Positions 27,417 to 38,821 of a stretch of DNA of 46,050 bases are shown piece by piece; the stretch's first letter is position 1; each line of letters starts with the position of its first letter. Source of the stretch: Marinilabiliaceae bacterium (GTDB lineage: Bacteria > Bacteroidota > Bacteroidia > Bacteroidales > Marinilabiliaceae); NCBI GenBank assembly GCA_027010905.1, contig JALVBA010000369.1, positions 1 to 46,050 of the forward strand, written 5' to 3'. The notes under the pieces were generated by a model. That model searched no databases. It was not told the DNA's origin and saw nothing but the letters and a program-made list of their open reading frames with translations. The position numbers were made by a program, and so were the translations under genes.

Positions 27417-29528
27417 ATGGCAAAAAAAGATTTAAAATATACCCGTAACATTGGGATTATGGCGCACATTGATGCCGGTAAAACTACTACTACCGAGCGT
27501 GTGCTGTTCTACACCGGAATCACCCATAAAATTGGAGAGGTGCACGATGGGGCTGCTACAATGGACTGGATGGAGCAGGAGCAGGAGAGAGGTATTACTA
27601 TCACCTCAGCCGCTGTTACTACTAACTGGAATTACAATGACGAGAGTTATAAAGTAAATATAATTGACACCCCGGGTCACGTTGACTTTACCGTTGAGGT
27701 AGAGCGTTCACTGCGTGTGCTTGATGGTGCTGTTGCCCTATTTTGTGCTGTTGGTGGTGTTGAGCCACAATCAGAAACAGTATGGCGTCAGGCAAATAAA
27801 TATAAGGTTCCACGTATCGGTTTTGTTAATAAAATGGATCGTTCGGGAGCAAACTTTTTTGAGGTTGTTTCTCAGGTAAGAGAAGTATTGGGAGCTAACC
27901 CGGTACCACTCCAGATTCCTATCGGAGCTGAAGAGACCTTCAAGGGTGTAATTGACCTTATTGAGAATAAAGCCGTTGTTTGGTTTGATGATGAAAAACT
28001 TGGAGCCCGTTACGAGTTGCAGGATATTCCTGATGACTTGAAAGAGGAGGCTGAAGAGTGGAGAGGAAAACTTGTTGAAGCTGTAGCAGAACACGATGAT
28101 GCCCTAATGGAGCGTTATTTCGAGGATCCTGAGTCAATTACCAAAGAGGAGATGATTGAGGTAATACGTAAAGCAACTATTGCTCAAACTATCACTCCAA
28201 TGCTTTGTGGTTCGGCATTTAAAAATAAAGGTGTTCAGCGACTGTTAGATGCTGTTATTGCATTTTTACCTAGTCCGATGGATGTTGCTGCTATTGAAGG
28301 AATAAATCCTGATACCGGTAAAACTGTAACAAGAAAGCCTGATGAGAGCGAGCCTATGGCTGCTCTGGCATTCAAAATTGCTACCGATCCTTTTGTTGGC
28401 CGTCTGGCATTTATGCGCGTATATTCAGGTAAGATTGATTCGGGCTCTTACGTTAAAAATAGCCGTAGCGGCAAAAAAGAGAGAATTGCCCGTATATATC
28501 AGATGAAATCAAATAAGCAGTTACCTCGTGATGTGTTAGCTGCCGGAGATATTGGTGCTGCCGTTGGGTTTAAGAATATACATACTGGTGACACGTTGTG
28601 TGATGAGAAGAATCCCATTATTCTGGAATCTATCGACTTTCCTGATCCCGTTATCGGTGTTGCAGTAGAGCCAAAAAGCCAGAAAGACATGGACAAACTG
28701 GGAGTTGCACTTGCAAAACTTTCTGAAGAAGATCCTACATTCAAAGTTAAGACTGACGAAGATAGTGGTCAGACTGTTATTAGTGGAATGGGTGAGCTTC
28801 ATCTTGAGATTATTGTTGACAGGTTGAAGCGTGAGTTTAGCGTTGAGTGTAATCAAGGTCGTCCTCAGGTTAATTACAAGGAGACAATCACCGGTGAAGT
28901 TGAGCTTCGTGAAGTGTTCAAAAAGCAGTCTGGTGGTCGTGGTAAATTTGCTGACATTCAGTTTAAAATGGGTCCTGTAGATGAGGGTGAAAACGGATTG
29001 CAGTTTATCGATAAAGTTAAAGGCGGCAATATTCCGAAAGAGTTTATTCCATCTGTTGAGAAAGGATTCCTTCAGGCTATGAAAAACGGAGTGCTGGCAG
29101 GATATGAGGTGGAAGACCTTAAAGTTACCCTATTTGATGGTTCGTTCCACCCTGTGGATTCAGATCAGTTGTCGTTTGAGATTTGTGCTCGCCAGGCATT
29201 CAAGGAGGCTTGTAGAAAAGCTTCTCCTGTATTGCTGGAGCCAATCATGAGAGTTGAGGTTGTTACACCTGAAGATTATATGGGAGATATTATTGGTGAT
29301 TTAAATAAACGTCGTGGTCAGGTTGAAGGAATGGAATCTAAAGCCGGTGCTCGCGTTATAAAAGCTAAAGTACCACTCTCCGAAATGTTTGGTTATGTTA
29401 CTGTATTACGTACAGTATCATCGGGTCGTGCAACTTCATCAATGGAGTTTCTCAATTTTAAAGAAGTGCCAAAGCAGATCGCAATGGAAGTAGTTAAAGA
29501 AGCAAAAGGAAATATTGATTTATTATAA
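27417..29528 (+). CDS. fusA: Elongation factor G
   Basis: G1 [20 protein letters not shown] and NKMDR motifs. 703 aa. Confidence 0.97.
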   Translation: MAKKDLKYTRNIGIMAHIDAGKTTTTERVLFYTGITHKIGEVHDGAATMDWMEQEQERGITITSAAVTTNWNYNDESYKVNIIDTPGHVDFTVEVERSLRVLDGAVALFCAVGGVEPQSETVWRQANKYKVPRIGFVNKMDRSGANFFEVVSQVREVLGANPVPLQIPIGAEETFKGVIDLIENKAVVWFDDEKLGARYELQDIPDDLKEEAEEWRGKLVEAVAEHDDALMERYFEDPESITKEEMIEVIRKATIAQTITPMLCGSAFKNKGVQRLLDAVIAFLPSPMDVAAIEGINPDTGKTVTRKPDESEPMAALAFKIATDPFVGRLAFMRVYSGKIDSGSYVKNSRSGKKERIARIYQMKSNKQLPRDVLAAGDIGAAVGFKNIHTGDTLCDEKNPIILESIDFPDPVIGVAVEPKSQKDMDKLGVALAKLSEEDPTFKVKTDEDSGQTVISGMGELHLEIIVDRLKREFSVECNQGRPQVNYKETITGEVELREVFKKQSGGRGKFADIQFKMGPVDEGENGLQFIDKVKGGNIPKEFIPSVEKGFLQAMKNGVLAGYEVEDLKVTLFDGSFHPVDSDQLSFEICARQAFKEACRKASPVLLEPIMRVEVVTPEDYMGDIIGDLNKRRGQVEGMESKAGARVIKAKVPLSEMFGYVTVLRTVSSGRATSSMEFLNFKEVPKQIAMEVVKEAKGNIDLL

Positions 29529-29544
29529 GAATTAGTTCTCAGTT

Positions 29545-29850
29545 ATGGGTCAAAAAATTAGAATAAAATTAAAATCTTACGATCACAATTTGGTTGATAA
29601 ATCAGCCGAGAAGATTGTAAAAACAGTAAAAAGTACAGGAGCTGTTGTTAGTGGTCCTATTCCGTTACCAACACACAAGCGTATTTTTACTGTATTACGC
29701 TCCACTTTCGTGAATAAGAAATCACGCGAGCAGTTCGAGTTATCATCTTACAAAAGGTTGATTGATATTTACAGTTCAACTGCAAAAACAATTGACGCTT
29801 TGATGAAATTAGAGTTGCCAAGTGGTGTAGAAGTAGAAATAAAAGTTTAA
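29545..29850 (+). CDS. rpsJ: 30S ribosomal protein S10 (uS10)
   Basis: [17 protein letters not shown], 101 aa. Confidence 0.97.
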   Translation: MGQKIRIKLKSYDHNLVDKSAEKIVKTVKSTGAVVSGPIPLPTHKRIFTVLRSTFVNKKSREQFELSSYKRLIDIYSSTAKTIDALMKLELPSGVEVEIKV

Positions 29851-29873
29851 TAAACCAGTAAAAGCAAAAAGCA

Positions 29874-30494
29874 ATGCCAGGATTAATTGGAAAAAAAATC
29901 GGAATGACTTCCGTTTTCAGTGCCGATGGAAAAAATGTTCCATGCACTGTTATCGAAGCTGGCCCTTGCGTCGTTACTCAGGTTAAATCTGTAGATAACG
30001 ATGGCTATGAAGCTGTACAGCTGGCGTTCGATGAAAAAAGAGAGAAAAGTACTACCAAGCCCCTCAAAGGGCACTTTAATAAGGCCGGCACTTCTCCCAA
30101 AAGAAAACTTGTTGAATTTGACAAATTTGCAAAAGAACTTAAAGCCGGGGACACTCTCTCTGTTGCTGATCTGTTCGAAGAAGGAATTTTTGTTGATGTT
30201 ACAGGTCTTTCGAAAGGAAAAGGTTTTCAGGGAGTTGTTAAACGGTACAACTTTAAAGGTGTAGGGGACGCGACGCACGGACAGCATAATAGATTAAGGG
30301 CTCCTGGGTCCATCGGAGCATCTTCATACCCGTCAAGGGTATTTAAAGGTATGCGTATGGCCGGACACATGGGTGACGAAAGAGTCACAATACAAAACTT
30401 GAGAGTGTTAAAGGTAATCCCCGAAAACAATCTTCTTTTAATTAAGGGATCAGTACCGGGAGCCAGAAATTCATACTTAATTATTGAGAAGTAA
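29874..30494 (+). CDS. rplC: 50S ribosomal protein L3 (uL3)
   Basis: [22 protein letters not shown], synteny. Confidence 0.97.
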   Translation: MPGLIGKKIGMTSVFSADGKNVPCTVIEAGPCVVTQVKSVDNDGYEAVQLAFDEKREKSTTKPLKGHFNKAGTSPKRKLVEFDKFAKELKAGDTLSVADLFEEGIFVDVTGLSKGKGFQGVVKRYNFKGVGDATHGQHNRLRAPGSIGASSYPSRVFKGMRMAGHMGDERVTIQNLRVLKVIPENNLLLIKGSVPGARNSYLIIEK

Positions 30495-31123
30495 TGGAAT
30501 TGAACGTTGTTAATATAAAGGGAGAGGATACCAATAGAAAAGTTGAGTTGTCAGATTCAATTTTTAGTGTTGAGCCTAACGATCATGCCATTTATCTGGA
30601 TGTGAAGCAGTATCTCGCAAATCAGCGTCAGGGTACGCATAAGTCGAAAGAGAGAGCTGAAATAACCGGAAGTACAAGGAAGATTAAGAAGCAAAAAGGA
30701 ACGGGTACTGCTCGTGCAGGTAGCATTAAGTCTCCTGTATTCAGAGGTGGTGGTCGTGCTTTTGGACCACGTCCGCGCAATTATAGTTTCAAACTAAATA
30801 AAAAACTTAAACGATTAGCCCGTAAATCGGCTTTCGCTTATAAACTTAAAGAGCAAGCTATAATTATTGTGGAAGATTTTAGTTTTGATGCACCTAAAAC
30901 AAAAGAGTTTGCAGCTATCCGCAAAAACCTTAAAGTTGACGATAAAAGATCGTTAATGGTGCTGAAAGAGCTTGATAAGAATGTATATCTGTCATCACGC
31001 AATGTGCCTAAGTCAGAGGTTATGGTTCTATCAGAACTTAACACTTATGCAATATTAAAGGCAAAATCGCTTGTGCTGTTTGAGAGTTCAATAGAGGAGT
31101 TAGGTCAATTATTAAATGGTTAA
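30494..31123 (+). CDS. rplD: 50S ribosomal protein L4 (uL4)
   Basis: TAATG overlap with rpl[27 protein letters not shown]. Confidence 0.96.
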   Translation: MELNVVNIKGEDTNRKVELSDSIFSVEPNDHAIYLDVKQYLANQRQGTHKSKERAEITGSTRKIKKQKGTGTARAGSIKSPVFRGGGRAFGPRPRNYSFKLNKKLKRLARKSAFAYKLKEQAIIIVEDFSFDAPKTKEFAAIRKNLKVDDKRSLMVLKELDKNVYLSSRNVPKSEVMVLSELNTYAILKAKSLVLFESSIEELGQLLNG

Positions 31124-31134
31124 GGAGTTTAGAT

Positions 31135-31425
31135 ATGAAAATAATAATTAAGCCTATAGTAACTGAAAAAATGACTGAGTTAGGAGAAAAACTCAACCGT
31201 TTTGGATTCGTAGTTGATAAGAGAGCTAACAAGCTTCAGATCAAAAGTGCTGTTGAAGAGATGTACAGTGTAACTGTAACTTCTGTTAACACTATGGTAT
31301 ATGGTGGTAAAACAAAATCAAGATATACTAAAAGTGGTGTTATTACAGGAAGAACAAACTCCTATAAAAAAGCTATTGTTACATTAGCCGAAGGAGAGAA
31401 TATTGATTTTTATAGCAATATATAA
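31135..31425 (+). CDS. rplW: 50S ribosomal protein L23 (uL23)
   Basis: IIKPIVTEK, 96 aa, synteny. Confidence 0.96.
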   Translation: MKIIIKPIVTEKMTELGEKLNRFGFVVDKRANKLQIKSAVEEMYSVTVTSVNTMVYGGKTKSRYTKSGVITGRTNSYKKAIVTLAEGENIDFYSNI

Positions 31426-31434
31426 AGTTAGATA

Positions 31435-32259
31435 ATGGCAGTAAGAAAATTAAAGCCCACTACACCGGGGCAGAGACACAAAGTTATTGGTGCATTTGAT
31501 ACAATTACCTCAAGTGCTCCAGAGAAATCCTTATTGAGACCGTTGAAAAAATCTGGTGGACGTAACAATACAGGTCGTATGACCATGCGTTACATCGGAG
31601 GTGGTCACAAAAAGAGATACAGGGTAATTGATTTTAAGCGTAATAAAGATGGTGTTATTTCTACAGTTGATTCTATACAGTACGACCCTAACAGGAGCGC
31701 ACGTATAGCATTACTTATTTACGCTGATGGTGAGAAACGGTATATTCTTGCACCGAATGGATTAAACGTAGGACAGGAAGTCCAATCTGGTTCGGGGGTT
31801 GCACCGGAGATTGGTAACAGCTTGCCTCTTGCTAATATTCCTTTAGGTACAATTATTCATAACATTGAATTGCGCCCGGGACAGGGTGGAATAATGGCTA
31901 GGAGTGCCGGAACTTTTGCCCAGCTAACTGCTCGTGATGGGAAGTATGCTGTTGTTAAATTACCATCCGGTGAAACAAGAATGATTCTGACTACCTGCCG
32001 CGCCACTGTTGGTGCTATTGGGAACTCAGACCATGGTCTTGAAAGATCCGGTAAAGCTGGTAGGTCACGATGGTTAGGCCGTCGTCCTCGGGTTCGTGGT
32101 GTTGTTATGAATCCTGTTGATCACCCTATGGGTGGTGGTGAAGGTCGCTCTTCAGGAGGTCATCCTCGATCACGTAACGGTGTACTTGCTAAAGGTTATA
32201 AGACCAGACATCCTAAAAAAGGGTCGTCAAAGTACATTCTTGAAAAAAGAAAAAAATAA
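31435..32259 (+). CDS. rplB: 50S ribosomal protein L2 (uL2)
   Basis: [27 protein letters not shown]. Confidence 0.97.
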   Translation: MAVRKLKPTTPGQRHKVIGAFDTITSSAPEKSLLRPLKKSGGRNNTGRMTMRYIGGGHKKRYRVIDFKRNKDGVISTVDSIQYDPNRSARIALLIYADGEKRYILAPNGLNVGQEVQSGSGVAPEIGNSLPLANIPLGTIIHNIELRPGQGGIMARSAGTFAQLTARDGKYAVVKLPSGETRMILTTCRATVGAIGNSDHGLERSGKAGRSRWLGRRPRVRGVVMNPVDHPMGGGEGRSSGGHPRSRNGVLAKGYKTRHPKKGSSKYILEKRKK

Positions 32260-32280
32260 CCGGTTAATTTAATACAGATT

Positions 32281-32550
32281 ATGAGTAGATCATTAAAAAA
32301 AGGTCCATATATAGACTATAAGTTAGAAAGAAAAGTTCTGGGAATGAATGATTCTGGAAAGAAAACAGTTATTAAAACTTGGGCCAGGGCTTCCATGATT
32401 TCACCGGACTTTGTAGGTCATACAGTTGCTGTTAATAACGGTAACAAGTTTATTCCGGTTTATATTACTGAAAACATGGTAGGGCACAAGTTAGGCGAAT
32501 TTGCTCCCACACGCACCTTCCGTGGGCATGGCGGTAATAGGAAAAGGTAA
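32281..32550 (+). CDS. rpsS: 30S ribosomal protein S19 (uS19)
   Basis: [26 protein letters not shown]. Confidence 0.97.
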   Translation: MSRSLKKGPYIDYKLERKVLGMNDSGKKTVIKTWARASMISPDFVGHTVAVNNGNKFIPVYITENMVGHKLGEFAPTRTFRGHGGNRKR

Positions 32551-32588
32551 TCGTCTGGCAGTTTTAAACTATATTTAAAAAGAAAACA

Positions 32589-33011
32589 ATGGGTGCAAGA
32601 AAACGATTAAGAGCTGAGAAAATAAAAGAAGCCAAAAAACAACAGTTTTTTGCTGTGCTTCGGAACGTACCAACTTCCCCCCGTAAGATGCGACTCGTCG
32701 CTGATTTAATTCGGGGTATGGAGGTCAATCAGGCGCTTGATGTCCTTAAATTCTCCTCTAAGGAGGCTTCAAGAAGGGTTGAAAAGTTGCTTATGTCTGC
32801 TATCGCAAATTGGAAAGACAAGAACGAAGGTGTTCGTTTGGAAGATGCAAATTTATATGTGAGTGAGATCTTTGTTGACTCAGCACGTGTATTGAAAAGG
32901 TTGCGTCCCGCTCCTCAGGGAAGGGCTCACCGCATCAAAAAGAGATCCAATCATGTGACTCTTTATGTTGATAGCAAAGTGTCTAACGAAGAAATTCAAG
33001 AAAATAATTAA
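32589..33011 (+). CDS. rplV: 50S ribosomal protein L22 (uL22)
   Basis: [30 protein letters not shown]. Confidence 0.96.
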   Translation: MGARKRLRAEKIKEAKKQQFFAVLRNVPTSPRKMRLVADLIRGMEVNQALDVLKFSSKEASRRVEKLLMSAIANWKDKNEGVRLEDANLYVSEIFVDSARVLKRLRPAPQGRAHRIKKRSNHVTLYVDSKVSNEEIQENN

Positions 33012-33016
33012 CGAGC

Positions 33017-33727
33017 ATGGGACAAAAAGTAAATCCTATTAGTAACAGACTAGGAATAACCAGAGGTTGGGACTCTAACTGGTTTGGAGGGAAAAATTAC
33101 GGTGATAAGTTGCTTGAAGATGCAAAAATTCGAGAGTATCTTAATGCTCGTTTAGCTAAAGCCAGCATCTCACGTATTATTATTGAGAGAACTCTTAAGT
33201 TGATTACAATAACAGTATTCACCGCTCGTCCGGGTATTATTATCGGAAAAGGTGGATCTGAAGTTGATAAACTGAAAGAGGAGTTGAAAAAGTTAACCGA
33301 TAAAGAGGTTCAGATAAATATCTTCGAAATTAAAAGACCTGAATTAGACGCCATTATTGTTGGCAATAACATCGCACGTCAGGTTGAAGGCCGTATAGCC
33401 TACCGCCGTGCAATTAAGATGGCTATTGCATCAACAATGCGTATGGGTGCCGAAGGTATTAAAGTGCAGATATCCGGTCGATTAAACGGTGCCGAAATGG
33501 CTCGCAGCGAAATGTATAAAGAGGGGCGTACCCCACTGCATACTTTCCGTGCCGATATCGATTATGCAAAGATTGAGGCTTTAACCAAAATGGGGCTTAT
33601 TGGTATTAAGGTTTGGATATGTAAAGGTGAAGTGTATGGTAAAAAAGACTTTTCACCTAATTTCGGAACTAAAGACCATGGCGGAGGCCGTCACCAACAT
33701 AAAGGCGGACATCGCAGAAGAAAGTAG
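33017..33727 (+). CDS. rpsC: 30S ribosomal protein S3 (uS3)
   Basis: [15 protein letters not shown] domain GIIIGKGG, basic Gly/His-rich C-terminal tail. Confidence 0.97.
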   Translation: MGQKVNPISNRLGITRGWDSNWFGGKNYGDKLLEDAKIREYLNARLAKASISRIIIERTLKLITITVFTARPGIIIGKGGSEVDKLKEELKKLTDKEVQINIFEIKRPELDAIIVGNNIARQVEGRIAYRRAIKMAIASTMRMGAEGIKVQISGRLNGAEMARSEMYKEGRTPLHTFRADIDYAKIEALTKMGLIGIKVWICKGEVYGKKDFSPNFGTKDHGGGRHQHKGGHRRRK

Positions 33728-33758
33728 TTACCCGGTAATCTTTAATTGATTAGGAAAA

Positions 33759-34190
33759 ATGTTACAACCAAAAAAAGTAAAATACAGAAGAAGGCAAAAA
33801 GGCAGAATGAAAGGGAATGCCCAGAGAGGTAGTGAACTGGCATTCGGGTCTTTTGGAATAAAAACCTTACAAAGTAAGTGGCTTACCAGTCGTCAGCTTG
33901 AAGCTGCAAGGGTAGCGGTTACTCGTTACATGCAGCGTCAGGGACAGATTTGGATTAGAGTCTTTCCGGACAAACCAATTACCAAAAAACCTGCAGAGGT
34001 TCGTATGGGTAAAGGAAAAGGTAGCCCCGAAGGATTCGTTGCTCCCGTTACTCCAGGCAGAATAATTATTGAATGCGATGGAGTACCCTATGATGTAGCT
34101 AAAGAGGCATTGAGGCTTGCAGCCCAAAAGTTGCCTGTTACTACTAAATTTGTTGTTAGAAGGGATTATGTTGAAAATACAAAATCATAA
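33759..34190 (+). CDS. rplP: 50S ribosomal protein L16 (uL16)
   Basis: [29 protein letters not shown]. Confidence 0.97.
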   Translation: MLQPKKVKYRRRQKGRMKGNAQRGSELAFGSFGIKTLQSKWLTSRQLEAARVAVTRYMQRQGQIWIRVFPDKPITKKPAEVRMGKGKGSPEGFVAPVTPGRIIIECDGVPYDVAKEALRLAAQKLPVTTKFVVRRDYVENTKS

Positions 34191-34192
34191 GG

Positions 34193-34387
34193 ATGAAAAC
34201 ATCAGAAATAAATGAAATGACTATCGGCGATATTGAGGAGAAGATTGAAAATGAAAAAACTCATCTTCAACAGTTGGAATTGAATCATAGTGTTTCGCCA
34301 CTGGACAATCCTGTGAAAATAAGACATGCCCGTAGAAACATTGCACGCTTAAAGACAATTTTGCGTCAAAAGCAATTACAAAAATAA
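34193..34387 (+). CDS. rpmC: 50S ribosomal protein L29 (uL29)
   Basis: 64 aa, helical, IRHARRNIARLKT, synteny. Confidence 0.93.
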   Translation: MKTSEINEMTIGDIEEKIENEKTHLQQLELNHSVSPLDNPVKIRHARRNIARLKTILRQKQLQK

Positions 34388-34396
34388 TAATAGGCG

Positions 34397-34654
34397 ATGG
34401 AGACAAGAAATCTTAGAAAAGAGAGAACCGGCATCGTGGTTAGTAACAAAATGGAAAAAACCGTTGTTGTTGCAGTTGAGATTCGTGAAAAACACCCTGT
34501 ATATGGGAAATTCGTGAAGAAAACCAAAAAATTTCATGCCGAAGATAAAGAGAACACCTGTAACGAAGGGGATACAGTTCGCATAATGGAAACGCGTCCT
34601 TTGAGTAAAACAAAGAGGTGGAGATTAGTTGAAGTAATAGAAAGAGCTAAGTAA
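34397..34654 (+). CDS. rpsQ: 30S ribosomal protein S17 (uS17)
   Basis: [32 protein letters not shown]. Confidence 0.96.
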   Translation: METRNLRKERTGIVVSNKMEKTVVVAVEIREKHPVYGKFVKKTKKFHAEDKENTCNEGDTVRIMETRPLSKTKRWRLVEVIERAK

Positions 34655-34656
34655 TC

Positions 34657-35022
34657 ATGATACAACAAGAAACAAGATTAGGAGTAGCCGATAATAGCGG
34701 AGCCAAAGAGGCCATGTGTATTCGTGTACTGGGAGGTACAGGAAGACGATATGCAAGTATTGGCGACAAGATTGTAGTAACTGTTAAAAATGCTATGCCT
34801 GGAAGTGAAGTGAAAAAGGGTACAGTAAGCAGAGCAGTTGTTGTTAGAACTAAAAAAGAGGTAAGACGCGCCGATGGCTCTTACATTCGTTTTGATGAAA
34901 ATGCATGCGTATTAATCAACGACGCAGGGGAAATTAGAGGAACCCGTATTTTTGGTCCTGTAGCTCGTGAACTCAGGGAAAATTTTATGAAGATAGTTTC
35001 TTTAGCACCTGAGGTACTTTAA
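34657..35022 (+). CDS. rplN: 50S ribosomal protein L14 (uL14)
   Basis: [18 protein letters not shown], 121 aa. Confidence 0.97.
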   Translation: MIQQETRLGVADNSGAKEAMCIRVLGGTGRRYASIGDKIVVTVKNAMPGSEVKKGTVSRAVVVRTKKEVRRADGSYIRFDENACVLINDAGEIRGTRIFGPVARELRENFMKIVSLAPEVL

Positions 35023-35041
35023 TATTAAACATTTTAGAACA

Positions 35042-35362
35042 ATGGCAAAATTACATATTAAAAAAGGCGATACCGTTATTGTGAATACCGGTGTCAATAT
35101 GGGCAAAGAGGGTAAAGTCCTTCAAGTATTTCCTGATAAAAATCGGGCCATTGTGGAAGGAATTAACATGGTGAGTAAACACACCAAACCTAATGCAGAG
35201 AACCCTCAGGGGGGTATTGTAAAAAAGGAATCTCCTATCCACATCTCCAACTTGAATGTGAAAGATCCTTCAACGGGTAAAGCTTCCCGCATAGGCCGAC
35301 GGATTGGTGACAATGGGAAATTAGTACGTTTCGCAAAAAAATCAGGAGAGGAGATTAAGTAA
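35042..35362 (+). CDS. rplX: 50S ribosomal protein L24 (uL24)
   Basis: [18 protein letters not shown] (KOW motif), synteny. Confidence 0.96.
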   Translation: MAKLHIKKGDTVIVNTGVNMGKEGKVLQVFPDKNRAIVEGINMVSKHTKPNAENPQGGIVKKESPIHISNLNVKDPSTGKASRIGRRIGDNGKLVRFAKKSGEEIK

Positions 35363-35919
35363 TGAGTGATACAAAAACAATAAAAGACCAATACAAGGAA
35401 GATATTGTGCCGAATTTGGTAAAACAATTTGGTTACACAAGTGTAATGCAGGCACCTACCTTGGAAAAAATTGTTCTCAATCAGGGACTTGGTTCTGCAG
35501 TTGCAGACAAGAAAATTATTGACAAAGCAATTGAAGAGATGACTACCATTACAGGTCAGAAAGCTATTTCACGTCTTTCGAAGAAGGATGTGTCAAACTT
35601 TAAGCTGCGTAAGAAAATGCCTATCGGCGTTATGGTAACTTTACGTGGAAAGAAAATGTATGAATTTCTGGAGCGTTTGATTCGCGTGGCTTTACCACGT
35701 ATTCGCGACTTTAAAGGAATCAGCAGTAAACTTGACGGACATGGTAACTATACCCTTGGTATTGAGGAACAAATCATCTTTCCCGAAATTAATATTGACA
35801 ATGTTAGTAAAATAACGGGTATGAATATTACCTTTGTCACCTCGGGAAAAACAGATGAAGAGGCTTACGCCCTGTTAAAAGAATTTGGTTTACCGTTTAA
35901 GAACATAAAAAAGAGCTAA
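35362..35919 (+). CDS. rplE: 50S ribosomal protein L5 (uL5)
   Basis: TAATG overlap with rpl[27 protein letters not shown]. Confidence 0.97.
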   Translation: MSDTKTIKDQYKEDIVPNLVKQFGYTSVMQAPTLEKIVLNQGLGSAVADKKIIDKAIEEMTTITGQKAISRLSKKDVSNFKLRKKMPIGVMVTLRGKKMYEFLERLIRVALPRIRDFKGISSKLDGHGNYTLGIEEQIIFPEINIDNVSKITGMNITFVTSGKTDEEAYALLKEFGLPFKNIKKS

Positions 35920-35922
35920 TTT

Positions 35923-36192
35923 ATGGCTAAAGAATCTATGAAAGCCCGCGAGGTAAAAAGGGCTAAGCTTGTTGCCAAGTATGCTGCTAAAAGAGCTAAA
36001 CTGAAAGAAGAAGGAGACTATATCGGGTTGCAGAAGCTTCCTAAAAACTCTTCACCTGTTCGTATGCACAACAGATGCAAACTAACAGGTCGTCCAAAAG
36101 GATATATGAGACAGTTTGGCGTTTCAAGGATTACGTTCCGCGAAATGGCATCAGCCGGATTAATACCAGGTGTTAAAAAGGCAAGTTGGTAA
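35923..36192 (+). CDS. rpsN: 30S ribosomal protein S14 (uS14), long zinc-independent type
   Basis: 89 aa. [24 protein letters not shown], no CxxC pairs. Confidence 0.96.
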   Translation: MAKESMKAREVKRAKLVAKYAAKRAKLKEEGDYIGLQKLPKNSSPVRMHNRCKLTGRPKGYMRQFGVSRITFREMASAGLIPGVKKASW

Positions 36193-36284
36193 CGATTGAG
36201 TATTGACTTTCAATATTCAATAACAATTAAAAGGAGTGTTAAATATTGTTCCGGCATTTCGGAATCAATTTAAACTTAAGAAAA

Positions 36285-36680
36285 ATGACAGATCCAGTAG
36301 CGGATTTCCTGACACGTATCAGGAATGCAATTCAGGCAGGACACAAAGTCGTAGAGATTCCTGCTTCGAATTTGAAAAGGGAGATGACTAAGATCCTTTT
36401 CAACAAAGGTTACATCTTGAATTACAAATTCATGGATGATGACAAACAGGGAGTGATTAAGATCGCCCTAAAGTATGATTCGGTGTCCAAACATCCGGCA
36501 ATCAAAAACCTCAAAAGAGTCAGTAGTCCCGGTTTACGTAAGTATGTAGGTCACAAAGATTTGCCACGTGTCCTCAACGGGCTTGGTATTGCAATTCTTT
36601 CCACTTCAAAAGGTGTTATGACCGAAAAAGAGGCCGGCACAAAGAATATTGGAGGTGAAGTTTTATGTTACGTTTATTAA
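36285..36680 (+). CDS. rpsH: 30S ribosomal protein S8 (uS8)
   Basis: The universal S8 N-terminus [15 protein letters not shown] starts at ATG 36285. The track ORF start (TTG 36246) adds 13 non-conserved residues. Confidence 0.95.
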   Translation: MTDPVADFLTRIRNAIQAGHKVVEIPASNLKREMTKILFNKGYILNYKFMDDDKQGVIKIALKYDSVSKHPAIKNLKRVSSPGLRKYVGHKDLPRVLNGLGIAILSTSKGVMTEKEAGTKNIGGEVLCYVY

Positions 36681-36699
36681 TTGAGGGAGGAATTATATT

Positions 36700-37251
36700 A
36701 TGTCAAGGATAGGAAACGCATTGATTAGTATTCCCTCAGGTGTAACTGTAACTGTTAAAGATAACGTGGTTACTGTTAAGGGAGCTAAAGGAGAACTTAA
36801 ACAGGAGATTAAAGCAAGTATTACCGTTAAGGTTGAAGATGGTACTATTAAATTATCCAGAGCTTCAGAGAGTAAGCAGGATAAATCATATCATGGATTA
36901 TTTCGCTCACTGTTGAACAATATGGTGATTGGAGTATCTCAGGGATATAAAAAAGAACTTGAATTGGTAGGGGTTGGTTTTAGAGCAACTTCCAAAGGTC
37001 AGTTGCTAGAGCTTGCATTGGGATATTCACATCCCATTCATCTGATGCTACCTGCTGAAATAAAAGTAGAAGCTGTTACTGATAGAAAAAGTAATCCAAT
37101 CATTACTCTGGAATCAATAGACAAACAGTTAATTGGACAGGTTTGTGCGAAAATTCGTTCACTACGTAAAGTTGAACCTTACAAAGGTAAAGGTGTTCGC
37201 TTTAAAGGTGAAGAGGTTCGTCGTAAGGCCGGTAAGTCTGCTAAAGTTTAA
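36700..37251 (+). CDS. rplF: 50S ribosomal protein L6 (uL6)
   Basis: MSRIGN, two L6 repeats, EPYKGKGVRFKGE. Confidence 0.97.
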   Translation: MSRIGNALISIPSGVTVTVKDNVVTVKGAKGELKQEIKASITVKVEDGTIKLSRASESKQDKSYHGLFRSLLNNMVIGVSQGYKKELELVGVGFRATSKGQLLELALGYSHPIHLMLPAEIKVEAVTDRKSNPIITLESIDKQLIGQVCAKIRSLRKVEPYKGKGVRFKGEEVRRKAGKSAKV

Positions 37252-37270
37252 TATTTATAATTAAGGAGTT

Positions 37271-37627
37271 ATGGCTTTTTCGAAAATAGATAGAAGAAAT
37301 AAAATTAAAAGACGGATCCGTAAGCATATTAACGGAACCGCTGAGCGCCCACGAATGACTATATTCAGGAGTAATAAGCAAATTTATGCACAACTTGTAG
37401 ACGACATTAGCAATAAAACATTGATATCTGCTTCGTCAATCTCTAAGGATGCTGCTGGTGAGAAGGTAAGTAAATCGGAACAGGCTGCTAAAGTTGGTAA
37501 GCTTATTGGTGAGAAGGCAGTTAGTGCCGGAATAAAAACTGTTGTGTTCGATCGTAACGGATATTTGTATCATGGTAGAGTTAAACAATTGGCCGACGCC
37601 GCTAGAAAAGCCGGGCTTAAATTCTAA
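37271..37627 (+). CDS. rplR: 50S ribosomal protein L18 (uL18)
   Basis: [30 protein letters not shown]. Confidence 0.96.
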   Translation: MAFSKIDRRNKIKRRIRKHINGTAERPRMTIFRSNKQIYAQLVDDISNKTLISASSISKDAAGEKVSKSEQAAKVGKLIGEKAVSAGIKTVVFDRNGYLYHGRVKQLADAARKAGLKF

Positions 37628-37633
37628 ACAACT

Positions 37634-38149
37634 ATGGATAAGAGTAAAAAAGTAAAAAGTAATAATGATCTCGATCTGAAAGATCGCTTAGTTGCCATAA
37701 ACAGGGTAACTAAAGTAACTAAAGGTGGTAGAACCTTCAGTTTTTCTGCCATTGTTGTAGTGGGGAATGAGAACGGTGTTGTAGGATGGGGACTCGGTAA
37801 AGCCGGTGAGGTTACTACAGCTATCGCTAAAGGTGTTGAAGCTGCTAAAAAGAATTTGGTTAATGTACCTATATTAAAAGGAACTATACCTCACGAACAA
37901 TTAGCACACTATGGTGGTGCCAGAGTTTTTCTTAAGCCTGCATCGCATGGTACAGGAGTTAAGGCCGGTGGTGCTATGAGACATGTGCTTGAAAGTGTTG
38001 GTGTAACTGATGTATTGGCAAAATCAAAAGGATCATCTAATCCTCACAATCTGGTAAAAGCTACTATTGAAGCTTTAATGGAGTTGCGCGATGCACGTAC
38101 TGTTGCTCAGCATAGAGGTGTTACCTTGGATAAAGTGTTTAACGGTTAA
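37634..38149 (+). CDS. rpsE: 30S ribosomal protein S5 (uS5)
   Basis: [28 protein letters not shown]. Confidence 0.97.
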   Translation: MDKSKKVKSNNDLDLKDRLVAINRVTKVTKGGRTFSFSAIVVVGNENGVVGWGLGKAGEVTTAIAKGVEAAKKNLVNVPILKGTIPHEQLAHYGGARVFLKPASHGTGVKAGGAMRHVLESVGVTDVLAKSKGSSNPHNLVKATIEALMELRDARTVAQHRGVTLDKVFNG

Positions 38150-38160
38150 TACAAAATACG

Positions 38161-38337
38161 ATGGCTAAGATAAAGATAAAACAAACTAAAAGTAAGATTG
38201 GTGCTCCTGAGCGTCAGAAAAGAACTCTTGCTGCTTTAGGATTAAGAAAAATGCAACAAACTGTTGAACATGAAGATACTCCTGCTATTTTAGGAATGAT
38301 CAGAAAAGTTGAACACCTTGTTACTGTTGAGAAATAA
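38161..38337 (+). CDS. rpmD: 50S ribosomal protein L30 (uL30)
   Basis: Not in the ORF track (58 aa). Hand translation gives MAKIKIKQTKSKIGAPERQKRTLAALGLRKMQQTVEHEDTPAILGMIRKVEHLVTVEK. It sits in the canonical slot between rpsE and rplO. Confidence 0.92.
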   Translation: MAKIKIKQTKSKIGAPERQKRTLAALGLRKMQQTVEHEDTPAILGMIRKVEHLVTVEK

Positions 38338-38370
38338 TTTAGTTGAACGAATAAGTGCTAATATAAAGAT

Positions 38371-38817
38371 ATGGACTTAAGTAATTTAAAACCGGCAAAA
38401 GGATCTATTAAATCCGATAAGAGAATTGGACGTGGTCAGGGTACCGGTAGAGGTGGCACTTCCACACGTGGACATAAAGGTGCCAAATCCAGATCGGGTT
38501 ACTCACGCAAATTTGGTTTCGAAGGAGGTCAGATGCCTTTGCAGCGTAGAGTTCCTAAATTTGGATTTAAAAATATAAATAGAGTAGAGTACAGAGCTAT
38601 TAATATTGAGGTGCTGCAAGTACTGGCAGATAAAAGTGATGTTACTGTTATTGACCCTGAGTTTTTAATTGATGCCGGTATGGCAGGAAAAAACGACAGA
38701 GTTAAAATATTAGGTAATGGAACTTTAACTTCTAAATTGGAAGTTAAGGCACATGCTTTTTCTAAAAGTGCTGTAGAAGCTATTGAAGCATCTCAGGGAA
38801 CCGTTGTTAAATTGTAA
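38371..38817 (+). CDS. rplO: 50S ribosomal protein L15 (uL15)
   Basis: [25 protein letters not shown]. Confidence 0.96.
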   Translation: MDLSNLKPAKGSIKSDKRIGRGQGTGRGGTSTRGHKGAKSRSGYSRKFGFEGGQMPLQRRVPKFGFKNINRVEYRAINIEVLQVLADKSDVTVIDPEFLIDAGMAGKNDRVKILGNGTLTSKLEVKAHAFSKSAVEAIEASQGTVVKL

Positions 38818-38821
38818 TTTG

